From NCBI GenBank assembly GCA_963753975.1, contig CAVWEH010000002.1, positions 448,001-512,000 on the forward strand: DNA of 64,000 bases, written 5' to 3'. The DNA comes from an uncultured delta proteobacterium. Lineage in GTDB: Bacteria; Desulfobacterota; Syntrophia; Syntrophales; Smithellaceae. Within the stretch, counting starts at the first letter, position 1. Each line of letters opens with the position of its first letter. Below are positions 51,303 through 62,084 of this stretch, one piece after another. Under the pieces are notes generated by a model. The model did no database searches. It saw only the letters and a program-made list of their open reading frames with translations, and was not told the DNA's origin. Both the position numbers and the translations under genes were made by a program.

Positions 51303-52649
51303 TTATTGTAGATTTTTAACGTTATTTATATCGATATTAAGTTTCTTTATTCTATGCCAAAGGCTTCTTTGATTTATACCCAACATATTTGCCGCTTTAA
51401 CTTGAATTCCTCTGGTCACTTTTAAAGCATTAATAATCATTTCCCTTTCCATAATCATTAATTTATCATCCAGAGCAATATCGCCGTTTAAATTATCAGC
51501 TATAGCTATTAAACCCTGCCTGTTAATTACATCCGGCAAGTGATGAGATTCAATAATGTTCTTTTCTGCTAAGACTGAAGCCTGCTCCAAAACATTTTTT
51601 AATTCCCTGATATTGCCCGGCCAGGAATAGCCGATTAAAAGCTGCAAAACAGCTGATGTTAAATTAAGTTCTTTCTTAAGTTTGCTCAAAAAGAAATTGG
51701 CCAGAAGCGGAATATCTTCTCTTCTTTCTCTCAGAGGCGGCAAAAAAATAGAAAATACATTGAGGCGAAAATATAGATCTTCCCTGAAGAATCCTTCTTT
51801 AATCATTTTGGGCAAATTTTTATTTGTCGCCGCTATAAAACGCACATCGACACGAATCGGTTTTGTTCCACCGACTCTTTCAAATTCTTTTTCCTGCAAA
51901 ACGCGCAAAATCTTTGCCTGCGTCGTGAGCGGCATATCCCCAATTTCATCGAGAAATAATGTTCCGCCGTCAGCTATTTCAAACTTCCCTTTTTTTTGAG
52001 TTGTAGCACCTGTAAATGAACCCCTTTCATGGCCAAAAAGCTCGCTTTCCAGCAAACCTTCCGGGATGGCCACACAATTAATCTTAATAAACGGTCTCCC
52101 TTTTCTGGCGCTGTGCTCATAAATACTTGCCGCTATCAATTCCTTGCCTGTTCCGCTTTCGCCGGTAATAAACACCGTAGAATCTGTTGGTGCTACTTTC
52201 ATAATTTGTGTAAAAATATTGCGCATGGCAGCGCTGGAACCAATAACTTCCGGAAATAATTCTTTTGTCTCCACGTGGCTTAGAATATTCGCTACGTTAT
52301 CAAACACCATGGTAATTTTGTCTAAATCATCGGTTATACTTTCCCGTGTTACCAAGGGAGAATTTTTTAGAATGGGTATTTTTTGCGCTTTATTAATAAA
52401 TTGTTCGAATGGTTTCAAAAGAATTCGTAAGATAAGAGAACTGATTAAAAAAGTTAAAAAACCAATAACAGTAATTAAATAGACAAATTCCAGAGAAGAT
52501 GCCTGACTGTTATTTTGATTGCTATTATCATACTGGTTAAGTAATTGGTAAGTTAGAATAATACCTATTATTGTTATTCCGGAATAAATTACCGGGATTA
52601 ATATGTAAAGGTTAATATAGAATTTTTTTTTGTTTATTTCTTTTTTCAT
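51303..52649 (-). CDS. Membrane-anchored sigma-54 enhancer-binding protein (2 TM + HAMP-like + AAA+ + HTH)
   Basis: GESGTGKE, ESELFGHERGSFTGA, LFLDEIG, FREDLYFRL, WPGNIREL, C-terminal HTH; no receiver domain. Confidence 0.9.
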   Translation of the reverse strand: MKKEINKKKFYINLYILIPVIYSGITIIGIILTYQLLNQYDNSNQNNSQASSLEFVYLITVIGFLTFLISSLILRILLKPFEQFINKAQKIPILKNSPLVTRESITDDLDKITMVFDNVANILSHVETKELFPEVIGSSAAMRNIFTQIMKVAPTDSTVFITGESGTGKELIAASIYEHSARKGRPFIKINCVAIPEGLLESELFGHERGSFTGATTQKKGKFEIADGGTLFLDEIGDMPLTTQAKILRVLQEKEFERVGGTKPIRVDVRFIAATNKNLPKMIKEGFFREDLYFRLNVFSIFLPPLRERREDIPLLANFFLSKLKKELNLTSAVLQLLIGYSWPGNIRELKNVLEQASVLAEKNIIESHHLPDVINRQGLIAIADNLNGDIALDDKLMIMEREMIINALKVTRGIQVKAANMLGINQRSLWHRIKKLNIDINNVKNLQ

Positions 52650-52652
52650 ATT

Positions 52653-53882
52653 TTAATGTTGTTGTGTGGCCAATTTTGTGAGATCCCACATGGGCATAAA
52701 TATGGCCAGAGCAAAAAATCCGACAACCGCGGCTAAACCTACAATTAGAATTGGCCCAATTGCATCGGAAAGCCCTTTAACTGCATATTCAACTTCATCA
52801 TCATAGTGCTTGGTAATTTCCCGCAGCATTTCATCAATATTTCCCGATTCTTCACCGATAGCAATCATATCAATAACCATGGGAGTAAAATATTTTGCGG
52901 TTTTTAAGGGTGCAGAAATTCCGGCACCTTCTTCAATGCGCTCGCGAACATGCTCGAAGGCGCGAGAAATAGCTGCATTGCCGATTGTTTCCGATAAAAT
53001 AGTTAGAGATTGCATAACGGGAACACCGCTCGTTTGCAAAATGGCAAAAATACTGGCAAAACGGGATAACGCCGCTTTCTTAAACAATGGACCAAGTATC
53101 GGAATTTCCAGTATAAAAGTATCTTTCAATAGTTTCCCGTTTTGAGTCTGAAGATATGAATACAATCCAAAAATTATAACACCCATGCCGGTAAGAATTA
53201 TATACCAGTAATTTTTTAAGTAAGTATATAAAAACAGGGCAAATTTTGTAGGCCATGGCAAAATCAAACCGGCTTTGCTGAAAAGAGAAGCAAATTGAGG
53301 CACGACAAAAGTTAAAAGTACGATAAAAGCGATACAGAGAGCGATAACAACAATTATCGGGTATCTCAATGCCGCTTTAATGTCTGATTTAACCTTTGTT
53401 TCATGTTCGATAATATAAATCAGACGATCTAAAACGCTGGGCACATTTCCGCTTATTTCTCCGGCTTTGATCATAGCGCAGTAAAGCGGTGAAAATATTT
53501 TCGGATATTTCTGCAGAGCTTCCGAAAGAGATGAACCTTGCCTGATATCCTGAATAATTGCTGATATTGCTTTTCTTAATACCCGGCTTTCTGTTTGCGC
53601 TTCCAGTACTTGCAGAAGCCTTAATATCGGCACACCGGCGCCCAGCATGGAACGAAACTGCTTTGTAAAAATGATCAGGTCAGATACCTTAACCGTGTTC
53701 GCAAAGGTCATAATTGCCGACCACGGATTATCTGCCGATTTATCCTGTTCCTGAATCATTTTTAAAGGTATGAGACCACGCAATGCCAATATCGAATTTG
53801 CCGCGTCAACAGAATCAGCTTCCAGCGTTCCCGATGCTTTATCTCCATTTTCATTGATTGCTTGATAAATATAGCTGGGCAT
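52653..53882 (-). CDS. pilC: Type IV pilus inner-membrane platform protein (PilC/MshG, GspF family)
   Basis: FTKQF..ML.AGVP, AGEISG, ALRYP, IGEESG. Confidence 0.92.
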   Translation of the reverse strand: MPSYIYQAINENGDKASGTLEADSVDAANSILALRGLIPLKMIQEQDKSADNPWSAIMTFANTVKVSDLIIFTKQFRSMLGAGVPILRLLQVLEAQTESRVLRKAISAIIQDIRQGSSLSEALQKYPKIFSPLYCAMIKAGEISGNVPSVLDRLIYIIEHETKVKSDIKAALRYPIIVVIALCIAFIVLLTFVVPQFASLFSKAGLILPWPTKFALFLYTYLKNYWYIILTGMGVIIFGLYSYLQTQNGKLLKDTFILEIPILGPLFKKAALSRFASIFAILQTSGVPVMQSLTILSETIGNAAISRAFEHVRERIEEGAGISAPLKTAKYFTPMVIDMIAIGEESGNIDEMLREITKHYDDEVEYAVKGLSDAIGPILIVGLAAVVGFFALAIFMPMWDLTKLATQQH

Positions 53883-53902
53883 TTTTCATCCTTAATTTTA
53901 GC

Positions 53903-55615
53903 TTAGGTCATAACGGCGGAGGCCGCTTCTTCCAAAGTTGTGATCCCCTGCATTACTTTTTGGGCCGCATCTTCCCTTAGTGTTCTCAGCTGGCCGGCAT
54001 CCACTGCCGCACGGGTAATTTCCTGGCTTGGCCTTTTCTTGAGGATCATATCTTGAATCATTTCGTCATTGACCAACACTTCAAAAAGGCCGGTTCTCCC
54101 CTTGTACCCCGTGTTCTTGCATTGATAACATCCCTTGCCGCGCTGAAAATTAGCATTTTTTGCTTCTTCCTTCGATATTCCAAATACCGCCAGGGCACTT
54201 TCCGGCGGATTATAAGGTTCTTTGCAATACGGACAAACAGTACGCACTAATCTTTGGGCAAAAGAAACCAGTAAAACAGATGAAATCAAAAAGGGCTCAA
54301 TGCCCATATCAATAAATCGTGTTATGGCTCCGGCGGCATCGTTGGTATGCACTGTGCTCAAAACTCGATGGCCGGTCTGCGCGGCCTGCACGGATATTGC
54401 GGCGGTTTCCGCGTCTCTAATTTCACCCACCATGATAACATCCGGGTCCTGACGAAGAATTGAGCGCAAACCGCTGGCAAAGGTCATCCCCGCTTTCCTA
54501 TTCAGCTGCACCTGGCGGATGTTATTTATTCTATATTCTACAGGGTCTTCCAGAGTGATTATATTTACATCCGGTTTGTTTATCGAATTCAAAATTGCGT
54601 AAAGACTCGTACTTTTACCGCTTCCTGTCGGCCCGGTGCTTAAGATCAATCCATATGGTTTAACGCTCATTTTCTCGATTTTTGCCATATCTTCCGCAAC
54701 CATGCCTAAGCGGTCCAGTGTATAAATTCCCCCACTCATATCCAAGAGGCGCAACACAATGTTTTCTCCGTATATTGTGGGAATCGAGGAAACCCGGACA
54801 TTGATTTCCTTCTTGTCCATTTTGAGGGTAAATCGTCCGTCTTGAGGAATTCTGGATATAGTAATATCCATATTGGCTAAAATTTTCATTCGGGCAATGA
54901 TGGGCAAGAAAAGAGATTTGGGAGGCGAAGGCACTTCCAAAAGTTTCCCGTCAATGCGAAAGCGCAGCTGCACGGTGTTTTGCTGCGGACTGATATGGAT
55001 ATCGCTGGCTCCGTCGCGTATAGCTTGAGCAAAAATAGAATTAGCCAGACGAATAACAGGCGCTTCGCCAGCCATATCCTGTAGCGACGCGATTTGAATA
55101 TCTTCTTTGTCCTGCTCTTCTTCAGCCTGCGCATCCGGTTGAGAATCTATTTCCATGTTTTCCATAATCCCGCCCAAACCGGATTGCATGCCATACAAAC
55201 TATTGATGATCTGATTGACTTCTCTTTCCGAGCAAATTACCGGTTCCACTTCTGCGTTGGCCAACACTTCAATGGAATCCAGTGTATTTATATCCAACGG
55301 ATCGACAATGGCGCAGGTCAGTAATCGTCCCTTCTTTTTCAAAGGAGCTACTTGAGATTTTTGCGCGATTTCAATGGGAATATAATGCACTAAACTGACA
55401 TCAAGGGGAAAATTGTCCGGATGATATTTCTGAATATTGAGTTGCTGACTCAATAAATCTATTATTTGTTGCTCATTGACTATTCCCTGCCTTGTCAAAT
55501 ACTGTCCCAGCTTCAAACCGGCTTTCTTTTGATCAACTAACGCCTGCTTGAGCTTTTCTTCGGTCAAAAGCCCGTCTTCTATAAGCATTTCACCTAAGCG
55601 TTTCTTAATCTTCAT
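53903..55615 (-). CDS. pilB: Pilus assembly ATPase PilB/MshE with N-terminal MshEN domain
   Basis: RLGEMLIEDGLL...L..AL..Q, ASDIHI.P, GPTGSGKST, LRQDPD.IMVGEIRD, GY.GR. Confidence 0.93.
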   Translation of the reverse strand: MKIKKRLGEMLIEDGLLTEEKLKQALVDQKKAGLKLGQYLTRQGIVNEQQIIDLLSQQLNIQKYHPDNFPLDVSLVHYIPIEIAQKSQVAPLKKKGRLLTCAIVDPLDINTLDSIEVLANAEVEPVICSEREVNQIINSLYGMQSGLGGIMENMEIDSQPDAQAEEEQDKEDIQIASLQDMAGEAPVIRLANSIFAQAIRDGASDIHISPQQNTVQLRFRIDGKLLEVPSPPKSLFLPIIARMKILANMDITISRIPQDGRFTLKMDKKEINVRVSSIPTIYGENIVLRLLDMSGGIYTLDRLGMVAEDMAKIEKMSVKPYGLILSTGPTGSGKSTSLYAILNSINKPDVNIITLEDPVEYRINNIRQVQLNRKAGMTFASGLRSILRQDPDVIMVGEIRDAETAAISVQAAQTGHRVLSTVHTNDAAGAITRFIDMGIEPFLISSVLLVSFAQRLVRTVCPYCKEPYNPPESALAVFGISKEEAKNANFQRGKGCYQCKNTGYKGRTGLFEVLVNDEMIQDMILKKRPSQEITRAAVDAGQLRTLREDAAQKVMQGITTLEEAASAVMT

Positions 55616-55639
55616 TGAACCTCCCGAACGACCTTCTCC

Positions 55640-57221
55640 TCAACGCTGCAGAGCTCTACGGTTGAAAAAAACCGTATTTGCATCCCACTGAGATATAATT
55701 TTTGTTTTAGCGGCAAGTGCCAGCGGCAATTTTTTTATTGTCTCTTGAGCCTCATGGTTATTAGCGAATATTTTGTCAATAACAACCGCAAAGGTAATTC
55801 CATTTTCCAATTTATTCCAAAAGGGAAATAAAGCTAAAGGGGGCATATTTTGCCGATAGTGATTTTCCCCAAAAAAGCTGTACATTATTTCTATATCGGT
55901 CCCCTCTTTTAAGAGCACAATAAAATTACCGCTTTTAAGCGGTTTTACCCGAGCGGGAATCCAGGGCAGCGTTATTATGACTCCTTCCTCAATTATGTCC
56001 TTATTCTTAATATGGGGATTAGCTTTAACTACTGACTCGATAATTTTAGGACTGGCCTCGCCATATATGTTTTGCAGCGTCCACCAGAGGGTCATCCCTT
56101 TTTTTATTGTTAACATTCCAATGGTATCGGTCATTTTATTCTGCTGTTTCTTTTCTTCCTCCATAACCGGTGAATCAGGAAGGGAAGCTGTTTTTATGGA
56201 AGCGGGGACGATATTCGCCGGCGGCGTCAGTTGTTTAGTTTCCGCAACAATTTGGGGTGATGGTGATGACGATTGATTATAGGCATTGGCTTGGGGACGC
56301 TCCAGTAATAAATGTCTTTAAGGAATAACCTAGAGCAACAACAATCATAATACTTACCAGCGCCCATTTTACTCCTCTCCATAATGGCGTCGCCATTCCG
56401 CTTAGGCATCTTCTGGCCAAAAACCAGCCGGCTTTTCTTCTGTTGAGAATGATCATCTTTAAAATTATTTGATGGCAAAGAGCAACAACTTTGCGCGGAT
56501 AACCACTCGTAGCCAGATAAATTGCCCCAAACGCCCCCAAGCTAAATATAGGCGGCGCAATTTCAAAGTCTCTCGCCACACTAATGCGGAATTTGATCAT
56601 TGCCCGCGTTTGTTTAAAATTTAGCGGGTGGAGATAATAAAGAAGATTCACCCGGTCCAGAAGATTGGCGCGTTTTTTTAGTATTGATTTGAATTCTTTT
56701 TGAGCAAAGATTATTATTTGCAGCAGCTTGAAGCTATTGGTTTCATAATTAAGAAATTCCCGTAATATCTCCAGGCAATTCTCGGGTATTTTTTGGCCTT
56801 CGTCAATGACCAAAACAACTATTTTTTTTTCATCCACGCCTTTGCCGAAAAGATAATCCTTAATTTGCTCTTTTAATTGCCATTCGCTTTCGCCATTATC
56901 GGAATCTTTAATTCCCAGCATCAGGGCAACAGTTCGCAGGAATTCAACAGCGCTGTTAAACGACGGATCAAGCAAAAGATGTGTTTCGATTTCCGCCGCA
57001 TCTGCCGGTGTGGAAGAAAAGTTCTGGATTAGTTTACGGCATAAAGTGGTTTTTCCGGTGCCGATGTCTCCGATGACTACATTAAGCCCGCGGCGCAGCC
57101 GAACAGCTAATTCCAGTTTTTGCAGACAGCCGGTGTGCTGCGGCGATTGAAAAAGAAATTCCGGCTCCGGTGAGTTGGAAAAGGGTTCTTTTTTAAAATC
57201 GAGAATATTGTAATATTCCAT
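55640..57221 (-). CDS. ExeA/MshM-like AAA ATPase with TM and C-terminal LysM; frameshift near 56290
   Basis: EPFS.SP...F, GDIGTGKTTL, IDEGQ; downstream ORF has IKKGMTLW....IYG..ANPHIKN.DII..G..I.LP (LysM). Confidence 0.78.
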
Positions 57222-57254
57222 CTTAAGGCGCCATCTCTCGCAGTTTGATCTCCG

Positions 57255-58887
57255 TTATTGCTTCGGCTCCAAATCTTTTTTGTCTTCGGATTTATTTCCG
57301 TCATTTTCCTGTTGGGGGACAGTTCCGTTTTTTTGTGTAACATCCGATTCAACCGGCTCGGCACTTTTGTCAATTTTACCTAATTGCAATATATGAGGAG
57401 TGATAAAAATCAGAACTTCTTCCATTTTATTATCTTTGCTATCCGCTTTAAAAAGCCAGCCCAATACTGGAATATCTTTTAACCCTGGCCATCCGGTATC
57501 CGAATCCGTTATGGTTTTTCTGGTTAAACCGGAAATAACAATTGTTTCGCCATCTTTAACAATTAAGACTGTTTGTGTTTGCTTTTTGATAATATAAGGA
57601 TCTCCCAAGCTGTCTTTCCTGGTCAGATCCACGTCATCTTTTTGCACAAAAATTGTCATTTTTAAATTTTTACCGTCAATTACATGCGGTGTGATTTCCA
57701 AACGCATAACGACATCTACAAAGACAGTAGTATAAGTAATAGTACCGCCGCTTGTTTGTTGCGTTACATACGGAACTCTTTCGCCATTTTCGGTGAACGC
57801 TTTTTGATTGTCTAATGTCGTTAGGGATGGGCTGGAAAGAATATTCAACTTACTATCTTTCTGCAGGGCCTGTAATTGTACTTCCAAGAACATTTCCGCC
57901 AATTGTTCCAAAAAGCAACCCAAAGAACCGGAAGCAGTCGATGATCAAATTGGCCGCCGGAAAATTCACCCCTAATCCGCTGCCTCCGGATACCCGACGG
58001 TGAGTACCGGTACCTCCCGTGGCAGTATAATCGCCAGTCTTATATTTCCCCCCCCACATAATTCCTAAATCCCGGGCAACTTCCTGTGTTGTTTCCACTA
58101 TATTGGCTTTGATTAAAATCTGCGGAGTCGGTTTATCTATTTTTTCAATAATCTTCAGCATCTTCTCCAGATCATTACTCATGGCGGAAATAACCAGAGA
58201 GTTGCTGTGTTCGTCAACTTTAACCGAACCGCGCGGTTTTCCATCCTTATCTTTCGTCAGCAAATCCTGCAGCATCTCCATTAATTTCTTGGGATCGGCG
58301 TAATCGATGTTTACCACTACCGGTTGCAAAAGCGGCTCCACCCATTGAATATCCCGCAATTGCACCTTTTGTTTTAAATCCTGTTCGATATCGTCAACGG
58401 TTTTTACCAGAATTATATTGCCCTCCCAGACATAAGACAAACCATAAGTGCGCAATAATCCGGTAAAAGCATGGTCCCAGGGAACGCCCTGGAAATCAAC
58501 ACTGATTTCACCTTTCAGGTCATTTTTTACCATCAGGTTCAAATCAACCGATTTGGCCATTGCCCTGAGCACAGCTTTTAATTCCGCCTGACGCATAGTG
58601 AGATTAATCGGTTTGGTGGGCAGTCTTTTCATCGCCGCTTCTGCCAACGCCGCGGAAGACGATTTTTTTGCCGTTAAATCCGCTACATTAATATTTTTAG
58701 GTTCGGCAGAAGGAGAGTGGCCCTGGGAATTCTCAGCTTCAGTACTCCATTTCTCAAAAAAAGGATCTTTTTTCGTGCTATTCAGCCCATCGGCACAGCC
58801 GCAGAATAACATCAGTGCGAAAAAAATTAATCCCCACGTGACAATATTTTTATTAATTATAGAGTATTTCAAATTGAAAACCTCCAA
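57255..58887 (-). CDS. pilQ: Secretin (PilQ/MshL-like); frameshift near 57890
   Basis: Lipobox-like FCGC, VPWD.AF, D..SNSLVI, PQILIKANIVE, LSSP.L.T.DN, GLKDIPVLGWLFK, LIFITP.I. Confidence 0.88.
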
Positions 58888-58896
58888 TGCTAAATT

Positions 58897-59388
58897 TTAT
58901 TCTTGTATGGGAATCTCCACTTCGTTTCCCGTATTTTTATTGACAATCAGAACCTTCGAAGGTGTAATTCCCCTTAAAATGTAGCCTTCCATTTCCAATT
59001 GTTCACCTACCCTGTATTCAAGCCCGTTAATAACAGCCAGCTTCTTTTTGCCGGAATCAACGTATCCGGAATAAATTATTTTAGATGCAGAACCGCCGGC
59101 CGCACCTTCCCTTGCCGCCCATTCTTTATAGGAATGCCTTTCCCAAAAAGGATTTTTTTGCCAATCCGCCTCGGCTCTCCCGATTATGTAAGGATCAACA
59201 CCGGCGGTAATATCCTTGATTAGGTCATTTTGTAAACCACTTACAAAAGTGTTAATTTCTGCAGTATCGCTGCCGGTTTTAACTTTTTTATCGGCCGGAC
59301 CGGCAATTAAATATTCATAAGCCGCGTATAAAACAAACAACGCCGCGATTACCAATATGATGATCTGTCTTTTATTTAACTTAGCCAT
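58897..59388 (-). CDS. PilP/MshK-like alignment protein
   Basis: N-terminal TM, W.KNPF, YSGY....AVING..Y.VG; lies between PilO-like and the secretin. Confidence 0.6.
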   Translation of the reverse strand: MAKLNKRQIIILVIAALFVLYAAYEYLIAGPADKKVKTGSDTAEINTFVSGLQNDLIKDITAGVDPYIIGRAEADWQKNPFWERHSYKEWAAREGAAGGSASKIIYSGYVDSGKKKLAVINGLEYRVGEQLEMEGYILRGITPSKVLIVNKNTGNEVEIPIQE

Positions 59389-59403
59389 AGACACCTTTTT
59401 CTA

Positions 59404-59943
59404 TTAACTGCCGATTGCTATCCAAATTTTTATTCTAAATTCCATGGAATCGGGATTTTGCTGGATGCTAATTTCCTCAATCCTATTCAGATAGGGCAGA
59501 GCTCCCAATTCGATCAGCAGTTTCCGAAAATTGGCAAATTCTCCCTTCAATACAGCGTTGTCCAAAAGAAAGCGAGATGAGCTAGTTAATGTGCTCAGAT
59601 CCGGCGTAGACGATACTATTCTTAATCCGGATTTTTGCGCTATCGTTTTTAAAGCATTCTGAAACTTGCCCAATTCTGTACGAGGTATTGTTGTTTTGGG
59701 GGGATTAGGCAAGACTCGGGGATTTTTATTCTCCGTCGTTTTGAGCAAAGTTAAATAAATCGGCCCCAGTTCCTTTTGCGCTTCAATCTGATATTCCATT
59801 TTTTTTATTTCATTAGTGCTGTAGGTATTGTATTCATATAATGGGAATATTCCGATGAGAATAAAAAGCGCTATAATCCCGCCGTAAATAATTAGGGACC
59901 AAAGACTTTTTTCCGGTATATCAAGTTTAAGTTTATTCATCAT
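59404..59943 (-). CDS. PilO-like protein
   Basis: Single TM, coiled coil, LKGEFANFRKLL..L....RIEEISI. Confidence 0.7.
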   Translation of the reverse strand: MMNKLKLDIPEKSLWSLIIYGGIIALFILIGIFPLYEYNTYSTNEIKKMEYQIEAQKELGPIYLTLLKTTENKNPRVLPNPPKTTIPRTELGKFQNALKTIAQKSGLRIVSSTPDLSTLTSSSRFLLDNAVLKGEFANFRKLLIELGALPYLNRIEEISIQQNPDSMEFRIKIWIAIGS

Positions 59944-59945
59944 GG

Positions 59946-61793
59946 CTAGCCCAATTTAGCACTCAGAGTAAAATGAAGGACTTCACTTTTCTTGAAAGTA
60001 ATAATGCCGCTTTTCTGCACCGCTATTTGACGCAGCATCGGGGAGTTCTCCAGCTTCATCACATACTGCGCCAATGATGCATCCAGCACATCGCGCTCCC
60101 CAAAAATAACTCCCTCGACAATAATATCATCACTTATTTCTTTTGTTGTTTTATCAGGATTGATCTTGGCCAAACCAATTCCTCCCGTATTTATTTTAAT
60201 ATTGATCAGGCGTATATTTGCGGGTGTAAGAGCCGCAAATTCCCCAATTGTCGCTACACCCAAATACCTCTGTACATATTGGCGGGAAATCTGCCTTTGC
60301 GTCTTTACTTCTTCGGCCATTTTAGAGATTTTATCTGTCGACAAAAGCGGATTAAACAATGCCAATTCCTTTTCTAATTTTACCCGTTTTTTGCCAAGAA
60401 TATTAATTTCCGCAGCTTGGTAGCCCAACGCGATAATGCAAATAATCAAAGCCGCCGCAAAAGAAACAACAATTCTTCGGTTAATCTTTTTTATACGTAT
60501 TTCTTTATTTTTCTCGCGGTAAGTGAAAATAGCATTAGGTGTGCATGTATTGTCGGAAAAAGAAAGTCCCAGAACAGGAACCATGGAAACTTTCTCGGAA
60601 AGGGATAGTGATTCAGAGATGGAAGTAGGTTTTTGTTGTTTAATAAAAGGATCGAAAAATTCGGTTTTTATTCCTAGCTGGTCGCTGATATAAATTAAAA
60701 GGGGATTGTAAACATTCATTACCGACGAAATGTAGAGCTTTTCGACTTTTTCGTAGCCAATCGAGGATGTGTAATATTCCAATGTCCGTTCTATCTGGCG
60801 GGCCAATCTTTCCCATACCGGAAAAATCATTTCCAATATTTCTTCTTCTCTTAGAGCGTAACCGGCATCAGTACTCACCAATTTTTCCGCATCGGGGCTC
60901 AAACTAAAAAGAATCTTTTTTGTTTCATCTTTTTCCAATTTCGAATTGGGCGTTTTTTCCGAAACCGAATCGGCTATAGCTTCCATCATACTGCTGGTAC
61001 CGGTTTTAATTCCGCGGGTCATCACCAGATTATCTCTACTATAGATGTCAATGCGGGAAAAATCATTGCCGATAAATAAACTGGCGAAAGTTCCCTCGCT
61101 TGCCGGCATCCATTTTGATCGAAAAATATTTTGAATAGCGAACGGCGAAATCGTAATTCCTGTAAGAGGTACTCCTATATTCGAAAATAAATTCTTAACT
61201 TTTTCGACCTCCGCTTTTGGCACCGTGTAAACCATGACTAAATATTTGGAGATGCCCTGGTCAACAATTTCACCTTGCAGTTCAAAATCGAAAATAGAAT
61301 CTTTTTCATCTAGGGAAATTTCTTTTTTGGCCGTCCAGTAGATAACATTCTCCAACTGTTTTCTTGGAACATGCGGAATTTTTATATATTGGACGTTCAC
61401 CTCGCCCGCCGGCATCATTGACCATATATTACAGTCAGCGATCGATCCGCAAAAAGAACTCAGAGATGACTTTAGAAGTAAGTTGAATTCCGGTGAACCT
61501 TTAGCGGTCAAATGACCATATTGGATCATCTTTCTATCAGTTAAAACAGGCCTGCCGTCGGAAGATTTGACAGTCTTCGCCAAACTAATAAATTCCTGGC
61601 CGATATCAACTCCGACAGTATAACGCTTTTTATCGGACAGTCCTTTATGCATTGAAATATTTGTTGTTTTTACCGTTTTTTTCGGAGATAAAGTCAGTTT
61701 CGGCTTACCTACTTGACCGGGATGCCCTTCATTCTTGCCACGGATGACATTGAGAAGTTTTTCTGTTGAGTTTATATCGTCTGTGCTGGCCAA
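59946..61793 (-). CDS. PilM-PilN fusion protein
   Basis: VGVDIG actin-like PilM domain (..QIERTLEYY..KLYIS), then TM, coiled coil and P.NIRL..I..V.G PilN-like domain in one 615-aa ORF. Confidence 0.8.
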   Translation of the reverse strand: MASTDDINSTEKLLNVIRGKNEGHPGQVGKPKLTLSPKKTVKTTNISMHKGLSDKKRYTVGVDIGQEFISLAKTVKSSDGRPVLTDRKMIQYGHLTAKGSPEFNLLLKSSLSSFCGSIADCNIWSMMPAGEVNVQYIKIPHVPRKQLENVIYWTAKKEISLDEKDSIFDFELQGEIVDQGISKYLVMVYTVPKAEVEKVKNLFSNIGVPLTGITISPFAIQNIFRSKWMPASEGTFASLFIGNDFSRIDIYSRDNLVMTRGIKTGTSSMMEAIADSVSEKTPNSKLEKDETKKILFSLSPDAEKLVSTDAGYALREEEILEMIFPVWERLARQIERTLEYYTSSIGYEKVEKLYISSVMNVYNPLLIYISDQLGIKTEFFDPFIKQQKPTSISESLSLSEKVSMVPVLGLSFSDNTCTPNAIFTYREKNKEIRIKKINRRIVVSFAAALIICIIALGYQAAEINILGKKRVKLEKELALFNPLLSTDKISKMAEEVKTQRQISRQYVQRYLGVATIGEFAALTPANIRLINIKINTGGIGLAKINPDKTTKEISDDIIVEGVIFGERDVLDASLAQYVMKLENSPMLRQIAVQKSGIITFKKSEVLHFTLSAKLG

Positions 61794-62084
61794 AAAATTC
61801 TCCTTATACAGAAATATTTTAAAGTGCCACTTTTTATATATTCCACAACTTTTGCTAATTTTATCAATATATTTGCGTTAATGCAACATATTTTGTAGGT
61901 GTTCTTCATTTTTTTTAGATTTTATTTTTAGTTGATTTTACTGACTGATTTTTCGAAGAAGACCGGAGAAATTGACTAACTTGATCCTTGCAAAACTCGG
62001 GGCGAGTTTAAATCTTTGTTATTATTATTTAAATTAAGAAAAGGAGCTAGCCTGATTAAAACAAGTTAACACCTCTATTAAATT

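Noticed and set aside
58045..58056. Phase-variable poly-G tract in the secretin gene
   Set aside because: The G8 run is in frame (W-G-G-K) and the actual frameshift lies about 160 nt away
61810..61832. Sigma54 promoter upstream of pilM (TGGCAC on the minus strand)
   Set aside because: The -12 GC is missing at the required spacing (TGGCACTTTAAAATA)
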